64,000 nt of DNA from Bryobacterales bacterium. GTDB taxonomy: Bacteria; Acidobacteriota; Terriglobia; Bryobacterales; UBA6623. A model generated the notes under the pieces. It saw only the letters and a program-made list of their open reading frames with translations, searched no databases and had not been told where the DNA came from. Of the stretch, positions 51,501 through 59,507 are shown one piece after another (positions within the stretch are counted from its first letter, which is position 1; every line of letters begins with the position of its first letter). Made by a program: the position numbers and the translations under genes. The stretch spans positions 87,995-151,994 of the forward strand of contig CBDBZZ010000025.1 in the NCBI GenBank assembly GCA_965213745.1. Direction: 5' to 3'.

Positions 51501-51948
51501 CGTTGGTGCCAACCTCCGCCCGCACCTCGGCGCGGTCAGTTTGCAGACGCGCGGAGGAGGCGCTAACCTCGATCACCTCGGTGACCTCGCCGATCTGGAG
51601 GTCGACATCCACGCGGGTGACGTTGTTGACGCCAACGGCTACACCGGTCTCCGTATGCGTGCGGAAGCCGTCGGACCGGACCTCGATCCGATAACTCCCG
51701 GTGGCTACGGTCGAAAAGCTGAAAGCACCGGCCGCGTTCGATTCTCCCGAGCGAGTCGACCCCGTCCCTACGTTCGTGATCGTGACCTGGGCGCCGGGTA
51801 TGACGGCTCCCGTGCCGTCGGAAACATTGCCAACGATGCTGCCGTACAGGATCTGAGCGGCACCGCGTTCGGGAGCGAACGCGATCAGCAGCGGAAGGGC
51901 GATGAGGCTTGCGACGAGGTTCCAGTTGGGAGCGTTGTTGCGTGTCAT
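48583..51948 (-). CDS. TonB-dependent-receptor-like giant outer-membrane protein with CarboxypepD_reg N-domain
   Basis: Start set at ATG 51948 (MTRNNAPNWNLVASLIALPLLIAFAPERGAAQ). SIVGNVSDGTGAVIPGAQVTITNVGTGSTRSGESNAAGAFSFSTVATGSYRIEV is the carboxypeptidase-regulatory-like fold. A plug-like region follows (NGTNEQTNNVRIDGAS), then a long beta-barrel ending ...RLGLRIGF with terminal Phe. Confidence 0.85.
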   Translation of the reverse strand: MTRNNAPNWNLVASLIALPLLIAFAPERGAAQILYGSIVGNVSDGTGAVIPGAQVTITNVGTGSTRSGESNAAGAFSFSTVATGSYRIEVRSDGFRTHTETGVAVGVNNVTRVDVDLQIGEVTEVIEVSASSARLQTDRAEVRAEVGTNELQNVPVPLGRNYQMLLQTLPGFSPPRNAHSVPANPTRAVRFSVNGTNEQTNNVRIDGASSYNPNLTHMTGINPALESIEVVNVVSSSFDAEQGLAGGAAINLQIKSGTNEVHGSAFWYHNSQHLQAYPYFSDRDNAKPKFIYNQIGGTVGGPIKKNRAFYFVSYERTAERSNATRFIKVPTRAMRGGDFSGSPLPIFDPLSAAVGDEANRTAFPNNLIPEPRVSRVSRILADDPDWSLPDRPGVGALGLNRNKLAGITYAFDRHQIDSKANFNITDRWTMFARLSFFYYDQVNPGAFGNLSGISVHPTNFRTDNGFGPTYSGTISTTYVASANLVFDAYFGSTLVDSNAFAGNLDQRIGLDVLGIPGTNGDGVPGSAGSFYGGMPRMRFDGGFGNLGYQATSPFIGHDYLHQIVANGNWTKGSHEIRFGTDTFLTHINQEVANFPGGDAPAGGFRFRNNTTSRADTRTNEYNAIASFMLGLPREAARNFLNGKNLQTRSRQYSLYIRDRWQVRPNLTLSYGTRWEYYPFPVRPNRGLERFDIDENIMLVCGIGSVPRNCGLPQSKRQFAPRVGVAWRVTDTMVLRTGYGLTYDPFNLGRDLRGNLPTQFSQRLPAPNSRSYATTLEQGFPAIPPIPETERIEMPLTANVATADENYKRGYIQSWNFTLEKQWGSWIGTAGYVATRSTRQSSRLEANWGEIGEGNAGRRLRQLYGRTASTLFWGMLGTPKYDSLQLRLTRRSRVGHQFNLSYTWAHGRGFASESATAQPRIRHPQHYGRNYGPLNQDIRHNFVVSNAYELPFGKGKSFAQSGVAAAVLGGWQVNALASMYTGRPSTPTAPTGSVNSAASGQVADCLAAPRKLGSPDGWWDPFTLADPDDQGGTPRFGTCGSNVLRGPGLINVDMGVFRKFQPTERINVQFRAEALNLSNTPHFANPNSNVASSEFGVVGGMANTGRDGNDHRVFRLGLRIGF

Positions 51949-52645
51949 GGTGGATATCCCTTCTGGGCCGGATGCGGCCGCGCCGGACCTAGGAAAAGGG
52001 AAGCGGCGGCAACTGGCGATGCTCCGCAGGTCCGCCGCGAGAGCCCTGATCCCCGATCCAACCGGCGCAAGCATAGCATACAGGCGGAGCAGACTCAGCA
52101 CGGACCCGCCGCGCCACGGAGACCCCGGTGCGGATAGAGCGTCCGCGAGATCGACGCTCCTCCGGGCGGCCTGGAGGGCCCTGGGCCCAGGCTCCCGGGA
52201 ATCTGTAGCGCAACAGCGGGGGGATCTGTCGCGCACATCCTCCCAAAGACCAAGCCAAGGTGCTCAGCAAAGCCTTGATGCGCGGTCAGCCCTGCTCGGC
52301 GAGCTCCTGCGTCCCAGGTAGGATCCGGCGACGAGGCCCGGACTCGGCGTGCGCCGAGGCCAAACAGCCCCTCGCGCACCGCCTGGCATTGGAACGGCGC
52401 TGGGTTCACGGCAGTCGCTCCCGGAGGGTCCATCGGGACCATGCTGGCCTGGAAGTCGTGGGTGACGACTAACGGCATTTCGGCCCCGAATGCCTCGCAC
52501 GCCCTCCGCGTGAGCTGCGCACAGGCACTCGAGGCTGCGCCCGGCCAGCGCCTCGAATGCCCGGTCCGTCACGGGACGCTTCGGCGTGTCGGTAGTGACC
52601 AGGGTCGGGTAGAGGTCGAAGCCGAACCCTTCAGCCTCGGCGACT

Positions 52646-52739
52646 TACTGATGTTTTCGTAAGTAATTGCACGAAAAGGCACCGCAAGCCATTGATTTTT
52701 GTGGAGGGTTGCTTGCAATCACTTTTGGCAAAATTAGTA
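52646..52739 (+). mobile_element. 94-bp IS630-derived MITE, copy B
   Basis: Same orientation and length as copy A. It differs at a handful of positions plus an ~11-nt central patch. It truncates a minus-strand gene fragment (…VAEAEGFGFDLYPTLVTTDTPKRPVTDRAFEALAGRSLE...). Confidence 0.8.
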
Positions 52740-53027
52740 TACCCGCGACGGTCGTGCGCTCCTTCGCACGCTCCCGAAAAACTCCACCTCCGAAGCTTGG
52801 CCAATGCCTGAGCTGAAGCTCCCCAGATCGGTTTTGGGGCATTGGTGGGGGGCATCGGTGGGAGGACATTGAACGAGTTCGATTTCGTGGGCGATGCCCG
52901 CGACTCCGATCACCGCTCTTTCCCGAGCCCAGCCCGCCGACTCCAAGAGCGCGAAGGCCAGTTTGGCATGCGCACCGACATGGGCGGCCGATTCCAGCGG
53001 AAGCTTGAGGGAATCTCGCCCTCAGCA

Positions 53028-54725
53028 ACCCTGATTCCCGGATAAAAATTCCGGCACCAGCCGGAACGTATTGTGTTACAATAGTTTAGACGGTCTTCGG
53101 GGTGTTCGCGGATTGCACCTCGGGGGTGCCTCTCGATTTTTTTGGAGGCCTCCTGGCCCCTGTCCCCCGACAGTGCTCCCACCCTGGCTTACGGCGTCTG
53201 CGACGACGACTTGACGGGCCTAGCCGGGCTCGGCGTGGTGGCCCAGCTGGCCCGGTTCCTCGGGCTGCCCGAGCAGCTGGCCGCGTCGGTCCGTCTCCAG
53301 CGCCGCCGGCGCGGTGGCAGCGATGCGCAGATGCTGCTGGCGCTGATCTACGCGGCCTGCGCCGACGGGGGGCACCTCACCGCGGTCGACGCCCTGGGGG
53401 CCGATGAGGTCGCCCGGCAAACGTGCGGGCTGCGGGCCGGGCCCGCCAGCCGGCGGCTCGGCGAATACTTGCAGCGGATGAGCGAAGCGGCCCTGGAGGG
53501 GTTGCGGGAATGCGCGCGGCTGGTCAGCCGGCGGCTGGGGCCGCTGGGGGCGCAGGCGTGCGGGCAGCGGTGGGGCTACGTCCCGGTGTGCGGGGACGGC
53601 CCGGGGATCGAGGTGGAGGGCAAGCTGTGCGAGAACGCCGGGCGCGGCTACCACGGCGAGAAGCAGTCCTGGCTGCACTCGGTGTGCGTGGGGGTGGCGT
53701 GGGTCAGCGCCCGGTTGAACGCGGGCGGCACGGATGTGCGGGGGGATGGGCGGGAGCAGCTGGACCAGGATGTGGCGCCTTGGCTGACCGGGCGGCAACC
53801 GGTGGGGCTGCGGGCCGACAGCGCGGACTCCTGCCAGGATCTGGTGAGCTCCTGCCGGCGGAAGAGCTGGGATTACTCCGGGAGCGTGACCGATCCGCGC
53901 CAAAAGGCCCCGATTCTGCGCCTGGCGGCTGCGAGGGGGTTGCGGGAGGACGAGGGGGAGCCCCTGGACGCGGCGGGGAAGGAGCGGGCGCTCGTGGTGG
54001 CGTAACCGGCCGACCCGCTGGCCGGAGGAGCAGGTGTACGGGGTGATCCGGCGCGACTGGGACGGGGAGCAGCGGCTGCTGGAGCCGGTGTGCATGGTGA
54101 TTCCGGTGAGCCACGACCGGCTGCCGGTGGCGGAGCTGGGGCGGCGGCATCGCGGCCAGCAGGGGCAGGAGCATGCGTTCCAGGGGCCGCTGACGGACTT
54201 GGGGCTGCATCATCCGCCGTGCCGCTCGCACGCGGCGAATCAGGGGTTCTACCTAGGCGGGCAGATCGCGCAGCTGCTGCTGCGGCTGCTGCAGTACCAG
54301 GCGCTGCCGTCCGAGGCGCGGCAGCACGGGCTGCGGCCGCTGATCCGGTACTTTGTGTGCAGCGTGGGGCGGCTGACGCGCAGCGCGCGGCGGCTGCGGC
54401 TGCTGTGCAGCAGGAGCAACCTGTGGTTGGACTGGCTGCTGCCCGCGGGGAGCCGGATGGAGCCGGGCTAGGGCTGGGCCGGCGCGGCCGGAGCCGCGCC
54501 GAGCCCAGCGGCAGGGGACCGACGCGGAGCTCGCGAGGGGATCGGTGCGCCCGGAGCCGGGGGCACCGCGGCCGCGGTGCGTGCGCAGGCCGGCACAGGG
54601 CGCTTGCGGGGGTGCCCAAGTCGCTCGGCGACGGGCTGCGGGGCCCGCGCCGGGCTCTCCGGGCTCTCCGCTCAAGCCCTACGCCCCCCAACCGCCATTT
54701 CGGGAAATTAACCGGGAATCTAGGG
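53028..54725 (+). mobile_element. IS1380-family element, copy A (~1.7 kb, both ends), transposase interrupted
   Basis: Ends CCCTGATTCCCGGATAAAAATTCCGG / CGGGAAATTAACCGGGAATCTAGGG (inverted). Transposase: ...LTGLAGLGVVAQLARFLGLPEQL...MLLALIYAACADGGHLTAVDALGADE...GRGYHGEKQSWLH...VGLRADSA... ends at TAA 54003-54005. It continues after a frame change as ...HRGQQGQEHAFQGPLTDLGLHHPPCRSHAANQGFYLGGQIAQLLL...LRPLIRYFVCSVGRLTRSARRLRL. Confidence 0.75.
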
Positions 54726-54833
54726 CACGGGCTGCGGCCGCTGATCCGGTACTGCGTGTGCAGCGTGGGGCGGCTGACGCCCAGTGGGCGGCGGCTGCGG
54801 CGGCTGTGCAGCAGGAGCAACCTGCGGCGGGAC
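54726..54833 (+). mobile_element. IS1380-like internal (transposase 3') fragment
   Basis: GGGCACGGGCTGCGGCCGCTGATCCGGTACTGCGTGTGCAGCGTGGGGCGGCTGACG... matches 54325-54440 of copy A. It is wedged between the right end of copy A and the left end of copy B. Confidence 0.65.
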
Positions 54834-55150
54834 CCCTGATTCCCGGGTAAAAATTCCGGTCACCATTTGGAACATGTTTGTATTATAATGATTTATATGG
54901 TCCTCCGGAGTGTCCGCGGATCGCACCTCGGGGGTGCCTCTCGATTTTGTGGAGGCCCCCTGACCCCTGTCCCCCGCCAGTGCTCCCACCCTGGCTTACG
55001 GCGTCTGCAACGACGACCTGACGGGCCGGGCCGGGCTCGGCGTGGTGGCCCGGCTGGCCCGGTCCCTCGGGCCGCCTCCAGCGCCGCCGGCGCGGCGGCA
55101 GCGCTGGGCAGAGGCTGCGGGCGCTGCTCCACGCGGCAGCGCCCGCGAAA
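54834..55150 (+). mobile_element. IS1380-family element, copy B, left ~300 bp only
   Basis: CCCTGATTCCCGGGTAAAAATTCCGG...GCTCCCACCCTGGCTTACGGCGTCTGCAACGACGACCTGACGGGCC aligns with the left ends of copies A and C. Homology fades after about 55150. Confidence 0.65.
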
Positions 55151-55209
55151 CCCACCTCGCCCTGCGCGTCGTTTTGCGGTCCTGCAGCGGACCGCACCTC
55201 GGACCGCCT

Positions 55210-55950
55210 CTACGCCGTGCCGCCCCCCGCCGCCGCGTCCAGGCCGCGCAGAGCGATCTCCTGGGCGCGCATCCCGAACTTCCGCACTTTACCGGCCACC
55301 GTCAGCGGGAAGCCGTCGGCGAAGCGGATGTGCTCAGGAACCTGGCAGTGCGCGATCCGCCCCCGGCAGAACTCGCGGCCGCCCTGCTCGGAGGCTGTCG
55401 CTCCGTCGCGGAGCTTGCTCCCAGCGAGGACCTTCCCTCCGAGGCGCTCGTCCGGAACGCCGACGACGTGAACATCGGCGACCCCGGGATGCTGGTGGAG
55501 GAACTCCTCGATCTCGCGGGGGTGGATGTTCTCGCCGCCCCGGATGAGCATCTCCCCGGCCCGGCCGGTGATCCGGAAGTTGCCGTCTTCTCGCATGGTG
55601 GCGAGGTCGCCGGTGCGGAGCCAGCCGCCGGCGTCCCCCGCCCGGGCCGTGCTCTCCGGGGCCTTGTCGCACCCCTGCGTCACGAGGTGCCCGCGGGCCG
55701 GCAACTCCCCCTGCGGGCCCCCCGAGACCGTCTCCCCGCTCTCGGGTTCGCCGACCTGGACCTCCGCGCAAGGCATCGCCCGCCCCACCGCCGCGGTGCG
55801 GACCTCCAGCGCCTCGCCGCGCAGGCTCTGCGGGCTCGCCGGCGCAGCCTCCGTCCGCCCGCAGGCGCTGGCCAGCTCTTCGCCAGGCCTGGCCCGGACC
55901 CCGCGCTTCCTCCCTGCGACGGGCCACGGGGAGCCCGCCCTGCTGCCCGT
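55210..55950 (-). pseudogene. AMP-dependent acyl-CoA synthetase/ligase, C-terminal ~245 codons
   Basis: ...ACGRTEAAP...TAAVGRAMPCAEVQVGEPESGETVSGGPQGELPARGHLVTQG...GGWLRTGDLATMREDGNFRITGRAGEMLIRGGENIHPREIEEFLHQHPGVADVHVVGVPDERLGG...GKVRKF. No N-terminal AMP-binding core is present. Confidence 0.65.
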
Positions 55951-56029
55951 GCGGAGGCTGGACGCGTCGCAGCGGGCCAAGCCGGGATGGGCGCGCTGCG
56001 CAACGAACATCGCGGGCCCGCCGTGGATT

Positions 56030-56150
56030 GGCGGGCCGGTCTTTGCCGGGAGTTCCGCAACAGGCGCCCGCCTGTCCTCGAGAGGCGGACTGCCAGTCTG
56101 TTCCTGCCTGCCGCTGCCGCGCCTGCGGTGCCGGTCGGCACCTCGCCTAC
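56030..56150 (+). mobile_element. IS630 subtype A right-end remnant
   Basis: GGTCTTTGCCGGGAGTTCCGCAACAGG...GAGGCGGACTGCCAGTCTGTTCCTGCC aligns with 18478-18560 of the intact copy. Confidence 0.5.
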
Positions 56151-56243
56151 GGGCCGGGCCGCCGGGTGCGGCGGCTGCCGGCGGCGGAGGGCGCGCGCCC
56201 CGCGGAGTGGTACACTGAGCGGGCCCGGGGGGCGCGCAACGGG

Positions 56244-57074
56244 ATGTCTGGAACGCTGGCGACGGCCGTCCTGGAGGAGCGCGAGGCGGCTCCGCCGCCG
56301 CCGGTGGACTACCCGTGCTCGGACGGGCTGCCGATGGCGGACAGCGACTGGCAGAACCGGGCGATGGCCGAGGCCCAGGCCGCCCTGCGGCTGCACTTCG
56401 CGGACCGGCGGGAGCGGGTCTACGTGGCCTGCGACACGTTCGTGTACTACCGGGAGGGGGATGCGGGGGCGCGGGTGGCCCCGGACGTGTTCGTGGTGCG
56501 GGGGGTGTCGGGGGAGAACCGCAAGTCGTACCGCGTGTGGCGGGAGGGGCCGGTGCCGCAGTGGGTTCTGGAGGTGGCGTCGGAGGCGACGGTGCGGCGG
56601 GACCTGGCAGCGAAGAAGAAGCTGTACCGGCGGCTGGGGGTGCGGGAGTACTGGCAGTTCGACCCGACGGGGGAGACGCTGGGGCGGCTGCGGGGGGCGC
56701 GGCTGGAGGGCTGGGCGCTGCGGGGGGGCCGCTACGAGCCGCTGGAGACCACGGCGGAGGGCGCGGCGTGGAGCGCGGTGCTGGGGCTGGGGCTGGAGGT
56801 GCAGGGGGAGTTGCTGCGCTTCCGGGACCCGGCCACGGGCCTGCTGCTTCCGATCCTGGAGGAAGAGGCCCGGGCCCGCCAGGAGGCGCAGCGGGAGCGG
56901 GATGCCGCGCAGCGGGAACGGGATGCTGCGCAGCGGGAACGGGATGCTGAGGCGCGCCTGCGCCGCGCCGCGCAGGGGGAGCGGGACGCCGAGGCGCGGA
57001 AGCGGCGTGCGCTGGAAGCCGAGCTCGCCGCGCTGCGGGCGCAGCGGGCAAAGTCGGACGGTGAGCCATCCTAG
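56244..57074 (+). CDS. Uma2-family (DUF820) endonuclease with C-terminal charged coiled-coil repeat
   Basis: Start ATG 56244: MSGTLATAVLEE...YPCSDGLPMADSDWQNRAM...VYVACDTFVYYREGDAGARVAPDVFVV...YRVWREGPVPQWVLEVASEAT...DLAAKKKLYRRLGVREYWQFDP. This is the PD-(D/E)xK-like Uma2 pattern. The tail is QRERDAAQRERDAAQRERDAEARLRRAAQGERDAEARKRR. Confidence 0.75.
   Translation: MSGTLATAVLEEREAAPPPPVDYPCSDGLPMADSDWQNRAMAEAQAALRLHFADRRERVYVACDTFVYYREGDAGARVAPDVFVVRGVSGENRKSYRVWREGPVPQWVLEVASEATVRRDLAAKKKLYRRLGVREYWQFDPTGETLGRLRGARLEGWALRGGRYEPLETTAEGAAWSAVLGLGLEVQGELLRFRDPATGLLLPILEEEARARQEAQRERDAAQRERDAAQRERDAEARLRRAAQGERDAEARKRRALEAELAALRAQRAKSDGEPS
56886..56948 (+). repeat. 3 x 21-bp tandem repeat inside the Uma2 gene
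   Basis: GCGCAGCGGGAGCGGGATGCC / GCGCAGCGGGAACGGGATGCT / GCGCAGCGGGAACGGGATGCT, encoding (AQRERDA)x3. Confidence 0.85.
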
Positions 57075-57085
57075 AGCGCCTTGCC

Positions 57086-58502
57086 GCGGAAGAGCCCCCG
57101 ATTCCCGGGTAAGAATCCGGTTACCAGCCGGAACGTGTTTGTGTTGCAATGATTTAGACGGTCCTCCGGGGTGTCCGCGGATTGCACCTCGGGGGTGCCT
57201 CTCGATTTTGTGGAGGCCCCCTGTCCCCCGCCAGGGCTCCCACCCTGGCGTACGGCGTCTGCAACGACGCCTGGACGGGCTCGGTGTGGTGGCCCGGCTG
57301 GCCCGGTTTCTCGGGCTGCCCGAGAAGCTGGCTGCCTCGGTCCGCCGCGGGCGCGGTGGCAGCGCTGGGCAGAGGCTGCTGGCGCTGCTCTACGCGGCCT
57401 GCGCCGGCGGGGGGCACCTCCACGCGGGCGACGCTCTGGGGGCCGATGACGTCGCCCGGCAAACGTGCGGGCTGCGGGCCGGGCCCGCCAGCCGGCGACT
57501 CGGCGAACACCTGCAGCGGATGCACGAGGCGGCCCTGGAGGGCTTGCGGGAGTGCGCACGGCTGGTCAGCCGGCGGCTGGGGCCGCTGGGGGCGCCGGCG
57601 TGCGGGCAGCGGTGGGGCTCCGTGCCGGTGTTCGGGGACGGCACGGGGATCGAAGTGGAGGGCCAGCTGTGCGAGAACGCCGGGCGCGGCTACCACGGCG
57701 AGCAGCAGTCCTGGCTGCCCTCGGTGTGCGGGGGAGCGGCGTGGGTCAGCGCCCGGCTGAACGCGGGCGGCACGGATGTGCAGGGGGATGGGCGGGAGCA
57801 ATTGGACCGGGATGCGGCACCCTGGCTGACAGGGCGGCAGCCGGTGGGGCTGCGGGCCGCCAGCGCGGACTCCTGCAAGGAGCTGGTGAGCTCCTGCCGG
57901 CGGCGGGGCTGGGATGATTCCGGGAGCGTGACCGATCCGCGCAGAAAAGCCCCAATTCTGCGCTTGGCGGCCGCGATGGGGTTGCGGGAGGACGAGGGGG
58001 AGCCCCTGGAGCGGCGGGCCAGGAGCGGGTGCTCGCGGGGGCGTACCGGCCGACCCGGGGGCTGGAGGAGCCGGTGTGCGGGGTTCTCCGGCGCGACGGG
58101 GACAGGGAGCAGCGGCTGCTGGTGCCGGTATGCACGATGATTCCGGTGAGCCGCGAGCGGCTGCCGCTGGCGGAGCTGGGGCGGCGGCACCGCGGCCAGC
58201 AGGGGCCGGAGCCTGCGTTCCAGGGGCCGTTGACGGACTTGGGCTGGCATCATCCGCCGTGCCGCTCGCATGCGGCGCATCAGGGTTTCTATCTGGGCGG
58301 GCAGATCGTGCAGCTGCTGCTGCGGCGGCTGCCGGACCAGGCGCAGCGGCTGCGGGGCGGGGTAGGCCGGCGCAGGGCACCTGCGGGGGTGCCCAAGTCG
58401 CTCGGCGACAGGATGAGGGGCCCACGCCGGGTACGCCGGGTTCCCCGCTCAAGCCCTACGGCCCCGCAACCCCCATCTCGGGAAATTATCCGGGAATCTA
58501 GA
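57086..58502 (+). mobile_element. IS1380-family element, copy C (both ends, ~280 bp shorter, transposase degraded)
   Basis: Left end CCCCGATTCCCGGGTAAGAATCCGG, right end GGGAAATTATCCGGGAATCTAGA. Transposase blocks as in copy A (LLALLYAACAGGGHLHAGDALGADD, GRGYHGEQQSWL, VGLRAASADS, HRGQQGPEPAFQGPLTDLGWHHPPCRSHAAHQGFYLGGQIVQLLL), with frame changes and a deleted 3' part. Confidence 0.7.
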
Positions 58503-59203
58503 TTAGTAAGGGCAAGATCACTCGGGTCGCCCCCAGCGACCGGGCCCGGGGCGCTTCCGGCTACTCTGCAGGGTATGGGCCCGCCGGCTGCCAAGCCTGC
58601 GGAGCTCACTCGATCCGCACTGACCCCGAGGACAACGTGTGGGTGACCGACGCAGGCGGACACGTTGTTTCGAAGCTTGATCCCGGGGGCAAGGTCCTCT
58701 TGCAGTTGGGCGAGCCTGGGGTCGCCGGCACGGATCGGAGCCATTTCCACCTGCCGACCGATGTGGCGTTCGCCCCGAACGGCGACATGCACGTGAGCGA
58801 CGGATACGGCAGCGCCCGGGTCATGAAGTTCACCAAGGAGGGCCGCTACCAGCTGGAATGGGGCCGGCGAGGAACCGGGCCGGGCTAGTTCGGGTTGCCG
58901 CACAACCTTGCGGTCGAAGCCGCGGGCCGCGGCTACGTAGCCGATCGCGACAACAGCCGGATCCAAGTCTTCGACGCTGACGGGAAATTCCTAGACCAGT
59001 GGCGGGATGTCGGTGGCGTCTCCTCGCTGTTTCTGACCGAGAGCCAGCGGCTCTGGACCGGCGGGATGCTACGCGCCCTCGCCGGCAAGGTCGCGTTGGG
59101 ATTGCCCGGCACCTCGGGTGCCCACAGCACCACGGTTGCGCGGACAGGAGACGTGTTCTTGGCCCAGCTCAGCGGCTCAGTCCAGCGCTTCGCGCCCCAG
59201 TGA
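58503..59203 (+). pseudogene. NHL-repeat beta-propeller protein, 5'-truncated by IS1380 copy C and carrying an in-frame TAG
   Basis: ...GAHSIRTDPEDNVWVTDAGGHVVSKLDPGGKVLLQLGEPGVAGTDRSHFHLPTDVAFAPNGDMHVSDGYGSARVMKFTKEGRYQLEWGRRGTGPG*FGLPHNLAVEAAGRGYVADRDNSRIQVFDADGKFL. TAG 58886-58888 replaces the Q of the conserved GxGQF..PH blade motif. Confidence 0.7.
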
Positions 59204-59507
59204 GAACACCCCAACGCACCAAACCGACATCCGGCTTGCCGTCCGATCTCGGAATCTGGTGTAATCCCTAGGCGTACATCTCGAGAAGAAGACCGCGGGG
59301 CAGCGGGCTCGGGATGCAACGAGCCGAGAATCAGCGCATGGTTCCGGGCTGTCGCTCCTGCCTACAGGCAAGGCCGCGAGTCCACCGATCGCACCAGACC
59401 GCCCCCGCCTCTGGGATTAGGCAACGGTGAAACTCGCTGAGACTCGTTGGTCCGCCGGGCAGGTCTCCGCGCCGATTCCTGTCAAGTCCCTTCGCTATCC
59501 TACTCCT

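Noticed and set aside
55042-58140. Very long ORFs on both strands in GC-rich stretches. Examples: 55042-58140 + (1032 aa), 55210-57069 - (619 aa), 55680-57149 -, 22376-23614 -, 38097-39422 +, 53873-54820 -, 48571-50589 + (672 aa), 45451-46092 +, 1021-2022 +, 62495-63436 -.
   Set aside because: Their translations are Arg/Pro/Ala/Gly-rich low-complexity strings with no motifs. They overlap or lie antisense to frames that carry clear family signatures (IS1380 transposase, Uma2, TonB-type OMP, MscS, oxidoreductase). These are shadow ORFs, expected where stop codons are rare because of high GC.
53028-58502. Repeated ~190-bp blocks (53028, 54834, 57086, 2297) as a CRISPR-like or regulatory repeat array.
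   Set aside because: The blocks are the left ends of IS1380-like elements, continuous with transposase coding sequence. Spacing is irregular and kilobase-scale, and there is no short repeat-spacer periodicity.
13981-58888. Possibility that in-frame TAG (or TGA) codons reflect stop-codon reassignment, pyrrolysine or selenocysteine rather than pseudogenes.
   Set aside because: TAG terminates several well-defined genes at their expected ends: the OMP 48583-51948 right after the terminal Phe, GH95, the Cache protein, Uma2 and the oxidoreductase 7086-8132. TGA and TAA are also used as normal stops. The interrupted genes additionally carry frameshifts and truncations. No SECIS-like context or pyl/sel genes are visible in the window.
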